The position numbers and the translations under genes were made by a program. Of a stretch of DNA of 64,000 nt, positions 30,614 through 44,560 are shown piece by piece; the stretch's first letter is position 1, and every line of letters starts with the position of its first letter. This DNA comes from Amoebidium appalachense (lineage: Eukaryota > Protista > Ichthyosporea), in the NCBI GenBank assembly GCA_963693365.1, contig CAVNZM010000007.1:8367962-8431961 (forward strand), given 5' to 3'. The notes below the pieces were generated by a model. It worked only from the letters and a program-made list of their open reading frames with translations, ran no database searches and was not told where the DNA came from.

Positions 30614-31870
30614 CCCCCCGGCCCTCGGTCAACGGGCCTAACCCCTGTGGTGTCACAGGATGTGGACGATGAAGATGAGATCGAGGATTTCACGATCAAG
30701 CCCACTGATAACCTGATTTTGGTTGGCCAATCAGAGGAAGAGGAATGCAGGGTGGAGGTCTACGTGTGGGAGGAAGGTAGGCATCGGGGGGGGGGGGGGG
30801 GGGGGGGGGGAGGGGAGGGGGGGGGAATGGATGGATGGATGGGCCGAAATGGGATTGTGTGTGTCTGTGTCTGTGTCTGTGTGGGTGTAGGTGTGGGTGT
30901 GGGGGCGGGTGATGTGTGGGGTGGGTGCGGGTAGGTGTGTGGGTGGGTGGGCGTGCGTGTGTGCGTGCGTCTGTGTGAATTGTGTGTATTCTCCTGTACT
31001 ACCTTCTGATCCGCCCTTCTTCAATCCCTCCCCTTGCCCCCACCGCCACCCCTCACCTCCTAGGCACACTACACACCTTTCTATCCTCTTTTTCCTTTCC
31101 AACCCCCCCCCCCCTTCCCCGCCCTTCCCCCCTACTTCCCTTTTACTATTTAGCACTACCCTAATAATTTCCTCCCCTTTCCTACAATTCCCTCTTCCCT
31201 CCCCGTCAACCCCGCCCATAACAACAACAACAACATCAACAATAACGACAGCAAATAGTATTGGTAATAATAACCATAATCGTTAGAATAGTACTAATAA
31301 TCCCTATTAATAGAAATAACGTTCACAAATATAAGACCTATAATACTCACAACTTCTTAACCCCAGCTGAAGAAAATGTGTACGTACACCACGACATCTT
31401 AGTGGGTGCCGTGCCACTGTGTCTACAGTGGATGGACTTTGATAGGGGAGATGTCGCGACCCCAGGTAAGCCCCCCCCCCCCCCCCCCCCCCCCCCTTCG
31501 CCGGGTCCCTCCTCCCCCCCCCCCCCCCCCCCCCCTCCCTCCCCCCTTCCCCTCCCCCCACCCCCCCCCCCCCCCTGCCTGACCTCACACGGCCTTCCCG
31601 TGCATAAAGACCAGATAAAATGACAGAGACCCCCCCCCCCCCCGGCTCCTCCCCGAATCCAACATCCACAGTACTGACAGACGGATAAGCAAAGCGCCTA
31701 ATCCCCCCCCCTCCCCCCACGCGCCCTCCTCTCCTCTCGGCCCTCATGAGAATGGGTCTTACTTATGATGCACGTTTTTTTGTGTGTGCTCCTTTCTTCT
31801 TCAACATCTGCATATTTTGTTTGTAACGGTTGTGAACGTATACTTCGTAATCTGTAATAACAACTTCTAT

Positions 31871-31909
<39 letters not shown>

Positions 31910-32382
31910 TTCCCCCCGCGGATCAAAACGGGTGACCCAACGAGATCAAATGAAGCAGCACCTGAGTTGTGTTTCGTTGACGAGATGAATGGGTCGAAAC
32001 TCAAATATCGTGGATAACTTGGCCCCCCCCTGAGGATGGGCTCTGCTTATTATGCCCTTCATGTGGTTTACCCTAGGCACGGTGTTGTCTCTTGTAAATG
32101 CGTACTTCGTACTCTGTAACACATTCTAAATAACCCCCCCCCCCCCCCCCCCCCCTCTCTGCAGGCAATTTCGTAGCTGTAGGGAGCATTCTCCCTGTGA
32201 TTGAGATCTGGAATTTGGATGTGGTGGATGGAATGGAGCCAGCATGCATTCTGGGCCAGGTGCCAGAAGATAGCACAGTCACCGGCAAGCAGAAAAAGAG
32301 CAAAAAGGGCAAGCAGGTACGTGTGTGTGTGGGGGGGGGTGTGTGGGTGTGTGGGTGTATGTGTGTGTGTGCGTGTGTGTGC

Positions 32383-32425
<43 letters not shown>

Positions 32426-33081
32426 GGTGGGTGGGCGGGTGGGTGGATGGCATGTTGGTGTGGGCGTGAGCACTAAGGGGTGGGGGGGGGGGGGGGGAGG
32501 AGGGGGTTGGGGGGTGAGGGGGGGCACTGGAGGGAGGGTGGGAGATTGGAAGGGGGTAGCGGGGGAGGGAGGGGGGAGGGACATGTGTGTCTGTTTTTTT
32601 TTGTAGAGGAGCAGGGTGCGGGGACAAGGGACCGGGGGGGGGGGAAGGGGGGGAGGGGCGGGGGGGGGGGAAGGGGTTGTCTGCTTAGATGCTGCCTGTG
32701 CTTTAGGGTGCATTCCTTCCCCGTCATTCTACAGAGAACTGGTTTGACAAAAACAAAACCCTAATAGTTTTCTTCAGGTGTATACGTCCAACCCACCTTA
32801 TAGGCAGGGTGTGTGATGTTTGGGAACATACATTTTTTCTCTGCAACTGAAATTCATATAAATTGAACACTACATCACATTGCCATTTGGCTTCGTGGTA
32901 CTTTGGTAACTCGTATAGTATGTATATAGTGTGTGTATAACATGTGCATAGTGTGTGTATGGTTTGTATGTGATGTATTGGTCGGGTGCGGCCTGCGCCG
33001 GCAGCAAAATGATGAGATCATGGATTCCCCTTCGTGGCACTCTTCCACGACAAGAAGCATCTCTGATTGCATGCCACCCTC

Positions 33082-33121
<40 letters not shown>

Positions 33122-33298
33122 TTCGAAGGTTGGAACAAAAAAAATTGCTTGTTTTTCGTTATTGCATGTTGGTTGGGTTACCCTGACGGGGTGTTTGTTT
33201 ACACAGAAAACAAAGGCAAAGGGTCCCGACCCAACAAAGACACACACAGACGCCGTCATGGGCTTGTCGTGGAATAAGCCAAACAGGTGTGTGTGTGC

Positions 33299-33349
<51 letters not shown>

Positions 33350-33439
33350 TGCATTCGTGCATTCGTGAATTCGTGCATTCGTGTGTACGTGTATGTGGCC
33401 GTTTGTATGTGTGGCCGTTTGTATGTGTGCGTGCACAAT

Positions 33440-33513
<74 letters not shown>

Positions 33514-33925
33514 CTGTGCATGGGTGCACCCGTGCGCCTGTGCGCCTGTGCGCCTGTGCACAGGTGACCACCTGTTGGTGCCTGTATTCATGCATATTCC
33601 TGGGTCTATCCGTTCGTCTCCCGCACGTGACTGTATTTGGTGTGCAGGGGTATGCATGTGTCCATGCACGAGTGATGCGCGAGCACTTGCACAAGCGCGT
33701 GCTTGTCTGAGTGATCGCTAATGTGTCTTCATGGGGGGGGGGGGGGGGGGGGGGGGAGAAGGGGAGTATGTTCATTCGCAGGCATGTACATGGTGCCTAA
33801 ACATGTCTTCAGGTAAAGAACGGGTTGATATTATTGGAGCACGTGTTTTTTCCTTTTGTAAGTTTGTTTCCCATACCCCCATACACACGTGACCCATCTA
33901 TGCTTGTGTAGGATTCGAGGGTCGG

Positions 33926-34005
<80 letters not shown>

Positions 34006-34131
34006 CCTCCCTCTCTCTCTGTCCCCCCCCCCCCCCCCCCCCTCCCCCCTCCCTCCCTCCCTCCCTCCCTCCCTCCCTCCCTCCCTCCCTCCCTCCCTCT
34101 CCGCCTCCCCCTCCCCCCCCTCCCCCTCCCT

Positions 34132-34163
<32 letters not shown>

Positions 34164-35620
34164 TTTATGTATGGCTTGCATTCTGCATCGTGTTATCCGT
34201 TTGTTCTTGGGTACTTCGTACTTTTTGACGCATTCAACCCCCCCCCCCCCCCCCCCCCCCCTCTCTCTCGTCTCCCCCCCCCCCCCCTCCCCCCCCCCCT
34301 GGCCCATGGTTCCCCGTCCTCTTTCTCTCTCCGTCTCTCCCTCCCTCTTTTTTGGCAAGATGATTTGTGTGTGTATGGGGAGGGATGGGGGGGAGGGGAG
34401 AAGGGGGTTCAGATATCGTTTACGAGCAATGTATCTCGTCTGCTTCTCTTTTGTAGACATGCAAATCCAGACAAACCAACCATGCAATGGAAACGCAGTG
34501 ATCAACACCTACCAATCCTGATTGGGTATTTCTAACCTTTTTTGGTGCGCAGGCACATTCTTGCCAGCTCCTCAGCAGACAAGACAGTCAAACTATGGGA
34601 CTTGAACCGGGCAGAGTGTGTATGCAGCTTCACCCACCATAAAGATAAGGTTGGTCCACTCCCCTCCCCCCCCCCCCCCCCAGGGGAATAGGTCGAAACT
34701 CGGGTACTGTGGATGACGTGGGCCCCCCCTGAGGATGGGCTCTGCTTATTATGCATACTCTTTATGTATGGCTTGCATTCTGCATCGTGTTATCCGTTTG
34801 TTCTTGTGTACTTCGTACTTTTTGACGCATTCAAACCCCCCCCCCCCCCCCCCCTCCCCCCACCCCACCCACCAGCCTTCCCCCCCCCCCCCCCCCCGGC
34901 CCCCGCCCCCGCCCCCTTGCCCCCCTTCTCCCAGCCTCCTTCGCTGCTCTTGTCCGTTCCCATTACTCCCCTTCCCCCCTGTCCGCCTTCCTTCCGCCCC
35001 TCTCCCGGCATGTCCTCGGTAAGTTAAACTTGGTAGTGCTTACTGCGTATAGAATCCCCCCCCCCCCCCCCCCCCCCCACCACCACCACCACCCACCCGC
35101 CACCCCTCCCCCCATTCACCCACCCACCCTTCCTCATTTTCATGCAAACCAACACAGACAGGAGCCCCACTTCCCAGCTCACTTGATCGTCACATTACAC
35201 GAAGAAGCTGAAGAATATAGATTTATGCTCAGCCAGGAGCAAAGCCCCCCAACCCCCCTCCTCCCCTCCCCCTTCACACACACACACACACACACAGACC
35301 GTCCCTTTCTCACGTCCCCCCCCCCCCCCCCCCCCCCCCCTCCCTCCCCTCCCCTCCCCCCCTCCACCCCATATCTCGCCTTCTCATACACAATCCCCCC
35401 CCCCCCCCCCCCCCCCCCCCTTCCCCCTCCCTCGGGGTTCTTTTTGCCCTTCCCTCCCCCCCATTTCAATGCTCTTGCCCTCCCCCCTAGTATGGCCTCT
35501 GCTTATGATGCAAACTCCTGTGTGTGGTGTTTGCAATATACCCATTGTTTGTCTGTCATGAGTGTGTACTTTGCTTCTTGTGACACATTTTTAACCCCCC
35601 TCCCCTCCTCCCCCCTCCCC

Positions 35621-35651
<31 letters not shown>

Positions 35652-37212
35652 TTTCACCCATCATCTTTCCCACCCCCACCCTCTCCCTTTTTCTCATTTC
35701 TGCAGGTGCAAAGTGTAGCGTGGAGTGCAGTGGAGGCGACTGTTCTTCTTACAGGGTCGTATGACCGGACTGTGTGTGTGTTTGACTCGAGGGCACCTGC
35801 CAGTGTGAGCACGTGGGCCATGGGCGCAGACACGGAGGCAGTCGCATGGAATACCTTCCACCCCGAGCAATTTGCTGTATGTCTCCCCCCGTCCCCCCCC
35901 CCCCCCCCCCCCCCCTTTCTTTCCTTCCCTCCCTCCTTCCCGGCCCCTCCCTCCGCTTTCTCTCGAGCTTTCTCGCACGCTCTCTTCCTCCCCGCCTTCC
36001 CCCCCCCCCCCCCCCCCCCCCACCACCACCACCAATCCCCCTTCCCCCTACTGCCCCCCCCCCCTCCCCCCCCCCCCAACGCACACACACACACACCCTT
36101 CCTCTCTCCCCCTCCCCCCCCTCCCCCCCCCCCCCCCCTCCCCCACACAAACACACACACACACACACCCTCTTCCTTCTTTCTCCCCTTTCCAGTCGAT
36201 GCAGGGGCAGACACAAAATGGCTGAAGAAAAAGCTATGGACATACCTTTTTTTTCTTTTGAATACCTTCGTTTTGCATCGCTTATGTTTGGGTGTATACC
36301 TCCTCTCAGTTTTATTTCTACGGCGGCATTTGCTTGATCTTGCTCACTTGCATTCGGGTTTAAAGGGAGGAAAATCCCCGGAGGGGGGAGGGATTTTTGG
36401 AGGGATGGGGGGAGAAGGGGAGAAGGGGGAGGGTGGGGGCGGGGGGCAAGGAGCAGGTGGGGGTGAAAATAGTCTCCGTCTTGCTGTCGGTGTGGCTTGT
36501 TGCATCATGGTGTTCTTGGTTGTTTATTCTTTTATCACGCTCTCGGGGGGGGGGGGGGGGGGGGAGGGGGGGAGGGGGGGGGCGGGGGGGGAACCTTGCT
36601 AGAGGTGTTGTGTCGGTCCATTGCTAATGTTTTGTTTTGCAGGTGTCGCTAGACACGGGTATGGTGGTGGGTTGTGATGCAAGAATGGCTGGGCAGACAC
36701 TCTACACCATCCATGCACACGACAAGGCGGCATGCAGTCTGTCATTCAGGTGTGTGTGTGTGTGTGTGTGTGTATTTTGGGGGGGGGGGGGGGGAGGGAG
36801 GGGGGAGGTATGGGTGTTTGCTTTTTTTCTTCTTCTTTTTTTTGGGGGGTTAAAGGGGGTTGGGGGGTGGGGGGCGGGGTTGGTGGGTATGTAGGTGTGT
36901 GGGTATGTATGTAGGTGTTTGGGTAGGTGGGTGGGGTAGGGTGGGGGGAGCATACGGTTGCTGGTGTGTTGAGTAGATGCTTTGGTGGGTGACATGTGTG
37001 GGTGCTAAGCGTGTGTCCAATGTGTGTGTTTGACGAAGGGGGTGGAGAAGGGGGAGGGGGGGGGGGGAGGGGGGGCGAGGGGTAATGGGTTGTGTGCGAA
37101 TTGTAGAGAGCCTTGCATGGTTCTGCCCACACAATGCACATGTCACCTGTGCAATATTCTGTTTGCCTTCTGTGGCGAAAACCGAATATTGTGTTGATTC
37201 TCCAGGTTGCAA

Positions 37213-37257
<45 letters not shown>

Positions 37258-37389
37258 ACATATACATCCAGGCGCAGGGGAACCCGTACACACTTTGCTT
37301 TCTTTTGTCTAACCCTCTCATGACTTGCATGCTAACTACTCCATCCCTCTCACTTTCTCCCCCTCACACACACATACACACACGCGCGC

Positions 37390-37432
<43 letters not shown>

Positions 37433-37792
37433 CAACTTCATTCCCGACTGCCTCGTGACGTCAGGGGCTGACAAGACGGTTAAGGTTTGGGACCTACAAG
37501 ACAACAAGCCGGCAATAGCAATGGCAACAGAGTACAAGCTGGTAACCCCCCCCCCCCCCCCCCCCCCCCCCGGGTCCTCCCTGAGGATGGGCTCTGCTTA
37601 TGACGCATACTGTGCACATGGCTGATGTTGCATACTTGAATGTTTGCCTTTGCATGTGTCCTGCACCATGCTTCTCGTCGTGTATGCGTACTTCGTACCG
37701 TGTTCCGCATTCAACCCCCCCCCCCCCCCCCCCTCCCCTCCCCCCAGCCACCACCACCACCACCGCCACCAAAGCACCCGCTGCCGCCACCA

Positions 37793-37850
<58 letters not shown>

Positions 37851-38820
37851 GCGCGCACACACACACACACAGGTGCGCGCACACATATACACACATAAAT
37901 GTGCTCTACTGCTTGTGTTTAGATGTTTCTCCCTGTGCAGTATACTGCATGCATCACATACCACTCATTTGGGATTAATTTTCTCCAAGCAATCGCCCCC
38001 TTCCCCCCCCCCCCCCCCCCCCCCCCACCACCACCACCACACACACACGCACACACGCACACACGCACACCTACACAAACTCAACCGTACACAAACACAC
38101 ACATTATGGAGGGCCTATCTCTATATGCCTATCTCAATGCCCGGAGTACTGATTGCGTTATTACCTCACAGGGGCCCGTCTATGCCGTTGGATTCTCCCC
38201 AGACTCACCGTTGGTCGTCGCTGCCGGGGGTGGAAAAGGTGTGTATGTGTGTGTGCGTGTGTTGAGGGGGGGGGGGGGGGGGGGAGGGAGGGGGGAGGGG
38301 GGGGGGGGCAGGGAGGGGGGAGGGGGGGGGGGAGGGGTGCAAGAGTGTGCACATATGTTGGGTATGGCTGTGTGTGAGTGTGTCAGAGGTCGGTTGCGTT
38401 TTTAGGGCTTCATGCTCTCCCTTCAATAAATGTCGACATCGTTGCAGGTGAAATGGGTGTTGTTTTCATGATGTTTGTTAAATATTCTGTCTGCACTATA
38501 CGTACGGGTTTTTTGACTGTCAGAAGTATCTGTCAATGTCTTTTACACGCATCTGTGAGTGTGAGGGTGGGCAAGGGGGGAACGGGAAGTAGGGAAGAAG
38601 GAAACAGGGGGGTTGAATGAACGCAACCACTTGAGGTGATATCACGTTCTTTGTTTGGTAACTTAACTGTGTTGTTTTGTTTGGTTTGTTTTTTTCATTT
38701 GCTGATGGGCAGGGGTGCTGTGTAACAGGAAAGTTGAAGGTGTGGGATTTGTCTGCAAATGCTGGTGTGGCTTCGCGCTTTGCCGACAGGATAAAGTCCC
38801 TCCAAAAACAGGTATCATAA

Positions 38821-38855
<35 letters not shown>

Positions 38856-38884
38856 CCCCGCCCGCCCCCTCCCCAAAAAAAAAG

Positions 38885-38936
<52 letters not shown>

Positions 38937-39290
38937 ACCACCACCACCACCCTCCCATCCACTCACACTACACCCATCATGCCCGTTTGTGTGAAAGCCC
39001 CACGTCCACCACCACCACCTACAGCACGACTCCACCTCGAGACGTGTGTATATGACGGGACACAAAAGTTGGCATGCAAAATCAGGCGCAACGCTAAAGG
39101 ACATTGGGTTTCACGGTCGATTCTTCTTTTTTTTTTGTTCGTACACTGAGGGGCATGTGCGTACTCAAATAGACATGCAAACAGACAACAACACGAAATG
39201 GTGCAGGAAAAGCCCAGAAATTTACACATTGTTACTCACCTAGTTGACCTTTTGGCTGGCTATGGTGATCATACCACCATCACTAACCAA

Positions 39291-39327
<37 letters not shown>

Positions 39328-39532
39328 TTCGTCCCCCTCCCTCTCCCTCTGTGTCCCCCGGGTGCCCACACCCACGCTTACACGCACAACACACGCACAA
39401 CACACACACACACACATCCTCCTCTCTCTCTCTCTCTCTCTCTGTCTGTCTGTGTGTGTCTCTCTCTCTGAGACTCCCTCTCTCTTTCTCTCTCTCTCTC
39501 TCTCTCTTGAGCTCGCTCTCCCCCTCTCATGT

Positions 39533-39608
<76 letters not shown>

Positions 39609-39643
39609 CTGCCACTGCAGGCACAGCAGCAATGGAGGACTAA
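27102..39643 (+). CDS. PWP1: Periodic tryptophan protein 1 (WD40 ribosome-biogenesis factor), 14 exons, 500 aa
   Basis: Exons 27102-27202, 28262-28461, 29189-29271, 30659-30776, 31367-31465, 32165-32316, 33207-33286, 34553-34649, 35706-35876, 36643-36749, 37433-37541, 38172-38238, 38729-38811, 39608-39643. All are GT-AG and phase-compatible (1503 nt). Family motifs: ISCLEWVRRG, SNDQDPYIT, IKPTDNLI, VYVHHDI, GNFVAVG..IEIWNLDVVD, HTDAVMGLSWN, LASSSADKTVKLWDL, LLTGSYD. Confidence 0.95.
29491..29625 (+). repeat. Intronic poly-C-flanked repeat family, copy in PWP1 intron 3
   Basis: cctgaggatgggctctgcttatgacgcatac...cgtacttcgtaccgtgttccgcattcaa, nearly identical to 37580-37713. Confidence 0.9.
31743..32132 (+). 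repeat. Intronic repeat family, two copies in PWP1 intron 5
   Basis: tgagaatgggtcttacttatgatgca at ~31747, and ggtcgaaactc...ccctgaggatgggctctgcttatt...cgtacttcgtactctgtaacacattctaa at ~31990-32130. Confidence 0.75.
34163..34237 (+). repeat. Intronic repeat family, 3' part in PWP1 intron 7
   Basis: ctttatgtatggcttgcattctgcatcgtg...gtacttcgtactttttgacgcattcaa, nearly identical to 34760-34834. Confidence 0.85.
34683..34834 (+). repeat. Intronic repeat family, copy in PWP1 intron 8 (a diverged copy lies at ~35488-35595)
   Basis: ggtcgaaactcgggtactgtggatgacgtgggccccccctgaggatgggctctgcttatt...gacgcattcaa. Confidence 0.85.
37580..37713 (+). repeat. Intronic repeat family, copy in PWP1 intron 11
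   Basis: Nearly identical to 29491-29625. Confidence 0.9.
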
Positions 39644-40113
39644 AGAACCGATCAGGGCCGCCCGAAAAGGGAACTCAGGTGGTGGGCTTCGTAGAGTTTT
39701 ATTTACAGAATTCATGAGCTTACTTGGTGTGTGTGGCGGGGGGGGATGGGTGTTTGTGTGTGGGTGTTGGGGGGGGGGGGGGGAGGGGGGGGGGGGGGGG
39801 GGGGGGGGGCTTCGTGAGGTTGCCGTCTATCTATGAAAGTGCTATCAAAGACAAAGTTGGAAGACGATGTGACTGTACATATATGGACACTATGTTCTCC
39901 TTTGAGTGATTTTTGCGTGTAGGTTTTCGGGTTTTAACTTTCCTACACTATATGCAGAAAAAAATGATATTATAAATTAAATGCACGAGGAAAGGATCGA
40001 TATTAGTACGATTAGTTCTTTTGTGTAGTTGGTCCAACTTGGCGAGCAGTCAGACTCTGTGCATGTATGGTGCCAAATTACCATCCTGTTCGTCTGTATG
40101 TGTCCGGCGCCGG

Positions 40114-40152
<39 letters not shown>

Positions 40153-40279
40153 CTCTAATCATTTAGGGATGGGGCTGATAATGCAGTGGCTGTGGGTTTA
40201 AATTTGTTGAACTGTGGAGTGTGGAGTAGGGTAGATGATAGATACATACCCCATGACCAACCTTTTGACCACAACAACC

Positions 40280-40352
<73 letters not shown>

Positions 40353-41650
40353 ACGGGCGTCGTGTAGAGCACACCCCAAGTCGTACATAACCTTATTCGT
40401 CTTATTTCTTTTTTCTGCCTCTTATGTGTCGTGTAGGAAAAATGTATAGATTGCGAAACACGTAGTGAGCCCAACCTCGTCGAATCTTGAAAAAACGGAA
40501 GAATTCAATCATACATGGCAGAGCTATCGATAATCGATATCGAAAAGGCCTGGTGCCTGATTCCGACTGTCATAACAAAACGAAGCAGCGTTGACCGTTG
40601 GCTTCCCAAATATACCTGGCGAACGCCTGTGTATAAAAGTTTATGGACATATATATTCAAAAAAGAGGAAAAGGAGCATACACACAAGAAGTTTTTCAGA
40701 AGTTTTGGGCTGAAAGCAACTCGTAAAGATTTTCCGCGTTGCAAGCTGGCAACTTGCAACGCCGCTGTATCCGCGTGAACGCGCACGTGTGCTTTTTTAT
40801 GTCAAGGTCTTACATGAAAGAATGTAAAGATTGCCCAATAAGGCCACCGATAGCCAAATATGGTTTATGGCGGTCAAAACATAGCGAATCAAAATCGAGA
40901 TTCACACTAAGCCTCTTGGCAGCCAATTGCGTTTTGTCACAACGCCCAACCAATCAGCAGGCATTTGATTCATTTAGCATGCATAGCGGGCCGCGGCATG
41001 CATGCAGTGCATGTCGACCGGGCCCGGCACAGCACAATGAGCAGAGGTCTACTTAACTATGTACAAGAGTGGGAGTCCTATGTTTGGTGCTGGTTTTTAT
41101 GTATGCATTCTAACGAAGATTTAGGGTAGGTGTTATGATGTCTGGATAGAAGCATGAGTATACGAAGCACCAGACAAAGTTCCCGTGTGTAGTGGTTTTC
41201 TTTCGTCAAGTATAGTCTAGTAGAGTGTTTTGGATGGGTTTAACAAATCTCCATTGTTCATCTAGTTGGGCAAAGGCTGCTGCGCTTTGTTAAGCTGTCC
41301 AGCTATAAGCTAGACAAGTTCATCTGCGGCGAAACTATGCGTGAAGTACCCTGAATCTGAAAACACACATCGTAAGTCATTGTAGGGCTGCACATTTGCA
41401 CGCCACTGTTCATGAAGCCCCACCTAGCTTGATTACGGTAGCCTGCATGTGGGGTCTGGCTTTTACTCAATCGAATGTCTAGTCTTACGAGTCGCCAACC
41501 ATATTTTCGAGGGTCGATAATAACACGTTGTACAGCCATCTGCTCGGAATTTCTTTTTGCATCTGAGACGCCTAGAGACATTGCTTTACACACTATATTC
41601 ACACATCACTCCGATACTGTAAACCGCAAGTTCCTTTTACTAATTTAAAG

Positions 41651-42625
41651 ATGGGTGCGAGATTTTTAGGGGGGCTTTTATTAAGCCTGGGTTCACAAAT
41701 AAGCGTATCATATGCAACGGATTTCACCAACAGCATTCGGATGGATGTGTACTACAACGACACATGTTCCTTTGACTCACAGGGGGCCACCCAACACGTA
41801 ATTCAAACGGACACGTGCACGAAGGTTGCACTTATGCAGAGTTGGGTGAAATTCGGTAACACCACGCGGATTTATGGAAGGAAAGACAAGGTCAAAAAAG
41901 ACACGTGGATAATCGAAACATACGATGACCCATCATGTTCTGGTGAACCAGTAAACAAGACTTTTCTCCAAACAGACACCTGCCTAAACCTTACATCTGA
42001 GCCCATGTACCAGTACCTCACGCCAGGTGTTTCATATCCACAACTAGCGCGAGAGACGATCCTAGCACATGACTCGCCAAACGGGCCTAACGCACCAGGA
42101 ACAACAGTCATTGCCGGGGTGAATGTTTTTCGAAATCGCGTCTGTAATGGCTCATCGACACCATATCCAATAATATTCGAGGCTGGGAAATGCTATGCAG
42201 ACAGTAAGGACATCCTCCCCCCTGAGTTGGGCATGCTCGTAGGTGCGGAGTACCCGCCCATCGTTCCACCGGGGCCGATCAAGGCGTATGTTTCTGACGA
42301 TCTAGCCAACCTAATCTTTTATTATTATGCAGACCCGGACTGCACCGTGTATCGAGACCAACCACTTGCACTTGCGTACGACGTGGAGAGATGCATTTAT
42401 GTTGGGAATGAACAGGCGGTGGATGTGGCAATTGGGAGATATGTGACGGGGGAGAAGACACATATGGTAGAGACACCAACGATGGGGCCGGCGATTACTC
42501 TGGCGAACCCACACGATGTCGCTCACCAGACGGCACGTACTTCAAGTGGATCTGGTGCGGCGAGGTGGAGGGATGGTGGGTTGACGTGGGTGGTGGCTGT
42601 GATGGTGAGCGTGGTGTTGGCATGA
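41651..42625 (+). CDS. Secreted, probably GPI-anchored surface protein with four Cys-pair repeats, 324 aa, intronless
   Basis: N-terminal signal peptide. Repeats YYNDTC..TDTC, TYDDPSC..TDTC, VFRNRVC..AGKC, YYADPDC..VERC, with N-glycosylation sequons. C-terminus is small residues (SSGSG) plus a hydrophobic tail with no cytosolic part. Confidence 0.85.
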   Translation: MGARFLGGLLLSLGSQISVSYATDFTNSIRMDVYYNDTCSFDSQGATQHVIQTDTCTKVALMQSWVKFGNTTRIYGRKDKVKKDTWIIETYDDPSCSGEPVNKTFLQTDTCLNLTSEPMYQYLTPGVSYPQLARETILAHDSPNGPNAPGTTVIAGVNVFRNRVCNGSSTPYPIIFEAGKCYADSKDILPPELGMLVGAEYPPIVPPGPIKAYVSDDLANLIFYYYADPDCTVYRDQPLALAYDVERCIYVGNEQAVDVAIGRYVTGEKTHMVETPTMGPAITLANPHDVAHQTARTSSGSGAARWRDGGLTWVVAVMVSVVLA

Positions 42626-42935
42626 ATGAAGAAGGACGGTGTGAAGGTCGGTGTGGTTGTTTCCTACTTTCTTTCCATCTTCTTCTTTTTTTTTTTTTTT
42701 TTTGGTTTTTTGGTAACCATGTGCGACAGTGTTTTGTTGTCATGTGAGACGGCAGTGTAATTTGGTGAAGGTCGAGGGCCTGGTGATTTATTTTATTAAG
42801 TTTTATATTATTTTTGTTTTTTGTTTGGAGAGAGGGGGGGAGGGGAGGGAGGATGTGGGACCATTATTCCCTCTTGCAAGTAAAACAGGTACAACACAGC
42901 GCGCGCACACCTACGTCGCACACACGTGCGCACAC

Positions 42936-42975
<40 letters not shown>

Positions 42976-42983
42976 CACACACG

Positions 42984-43036
<53 letters not shown>

Positions 43037-43313
43037 GGCAGACAAACAGAAATATATGCTTAGTACACACAGCTAATATGTACATACGGAATGGTTTTTT
43101 TCACACCTCCTGCTGGACACACACACCACACACCACAAACTCACCTAGGCACGCATGGCAACACAGCCCATTATATCGATACACACAGACACACATGCAC
43201 ACATAGAAACACACACACATTGCACACACCCTCGCTCGACTTGCACTCTCAAGCCACTCTCGTCGACATACACTCGGACTCGACATAGACGAGCACACGT
43301 GTGCACTAACACA

Positions 43314-43375
<62 letters not shown>

Positions 43376-43764
43376 TGTGTACCTTAATGCTACAGACACA
43401 CCTCAACACCAGGCACACGCCCCTTAGCCCATTGCAACGTGCGTCATTAGACCCTATAATTGTAAATGTTCGTTCGTAGATTAGCTTCCAGTAGTGTAGG
43501 GGCACCAACTTACCGACCAGGGGTACCACTGTGCAAATTACTGTCTGATTATTATTATTATTACAGTTCACATTATGTGTGATAGTGAATTCTATAGCCA
43601 AGCCTTAAAATTGTAGGGGTCTAAATTCTACCCAATCCGGGGCGAGGAATGTTATTGCAGGTCAAGCTACTCTGTGTGTGATGGTGTAACACCGCGTGTG
43701 TACATTTAGGCTTTTTTTGGTGGTAGTTGTGGTGGCCTTTTTTTTTTCTTTTTTTTTTTCCTTT

Positions 43765-43795
<31 letters not shown>

Positions 43796-44021
43796 CCCGG
43801 GGAGGGGGGGGGGGGGGGGGGGAGGTAAGGTAATTGCACTTTCTAGGCTTTCTAGGCAAGGGATCTGGAATCACCTTTCCTTAGGCTGCTGTAAAGCAAC
43901 TATATGGGAGATACGCCTAAACAAACTTAAAACACATCAATGACATCATCCATACCCGAAAAAAGTAATGAATCTGGATCAAAAACAAGTCTGGTCACCG
44001 TGTGCAATGTTTTTCACGAAT

Positions 44022-44056
<35 letters not shown>

Positions 44057-44414
44057 GCCTGCAATTATGGTGAACGTGCCTGACAAGAATTTGGCAAAAG
44101 TGGCTGTATAAGCATATGCTTTTGTCCAGCTAGTTTGTGTGCGCACGGGCGACTGTAGTGTGCATGTGTACGGACACAGTGTGTATGTGCGCATGTGTTG
44201 AGTCTGGTGTAACAATGCGACACTGTGTATAATGCACATACTTGTGTTGCCCAGTGTGTTACGTTCTCCGTGCATGGGTGTGTCTCCATTTTAAGATTCC
44301 ACGTGTATTGTAACAACGTCATGCATGTGTGCATGTGCACGTGGTGTGTTGGGCACACCCCCGGACCCCCCCCCCCCCCCCCCCCCCCCCCGGCCCCGGC
44401 GTTCATGAATTCAA

Positions 44415-44560
44415 GGAGTTCACGGTATACCGTAACCGTCCAACAACGGATTTACTACAACAATACTTAGTAGCCAGATTGGGGCCCGGGGGGTTTACGC
44501 ACTATTTATTGCTGCGGACATCGTCAGGGGCCCAGCCTCACGTACTTGACGGCCTACGTA
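44415..44560 (-). repeat. Dispersed repeat homologous to 11098-11250
   Basis: The reverse complement gtaggccgtcaagtacgtgaggctgggcccctgacgatgtccgcagcaataaatagtgcgtaaacccc aligns with 11102-11165. Confidence 0.65.

Noticed and set aside
38608-38650. ggggttgaatg as an antisense copy of the intronic repeat in PWP1 intron 12
   Set aside because: Only the terminal ~11 nt match and the body does not align. It should be rechecked with a profile search because it would be an exception to the sense rule.
40515-40960. 87-aa ORF plus a nearby TATA and CCAAT cluster
   Set aside because: No recognisable domain, and the motif order does not fit the ORF. The CCAAT sites may serve the 41651 gene.
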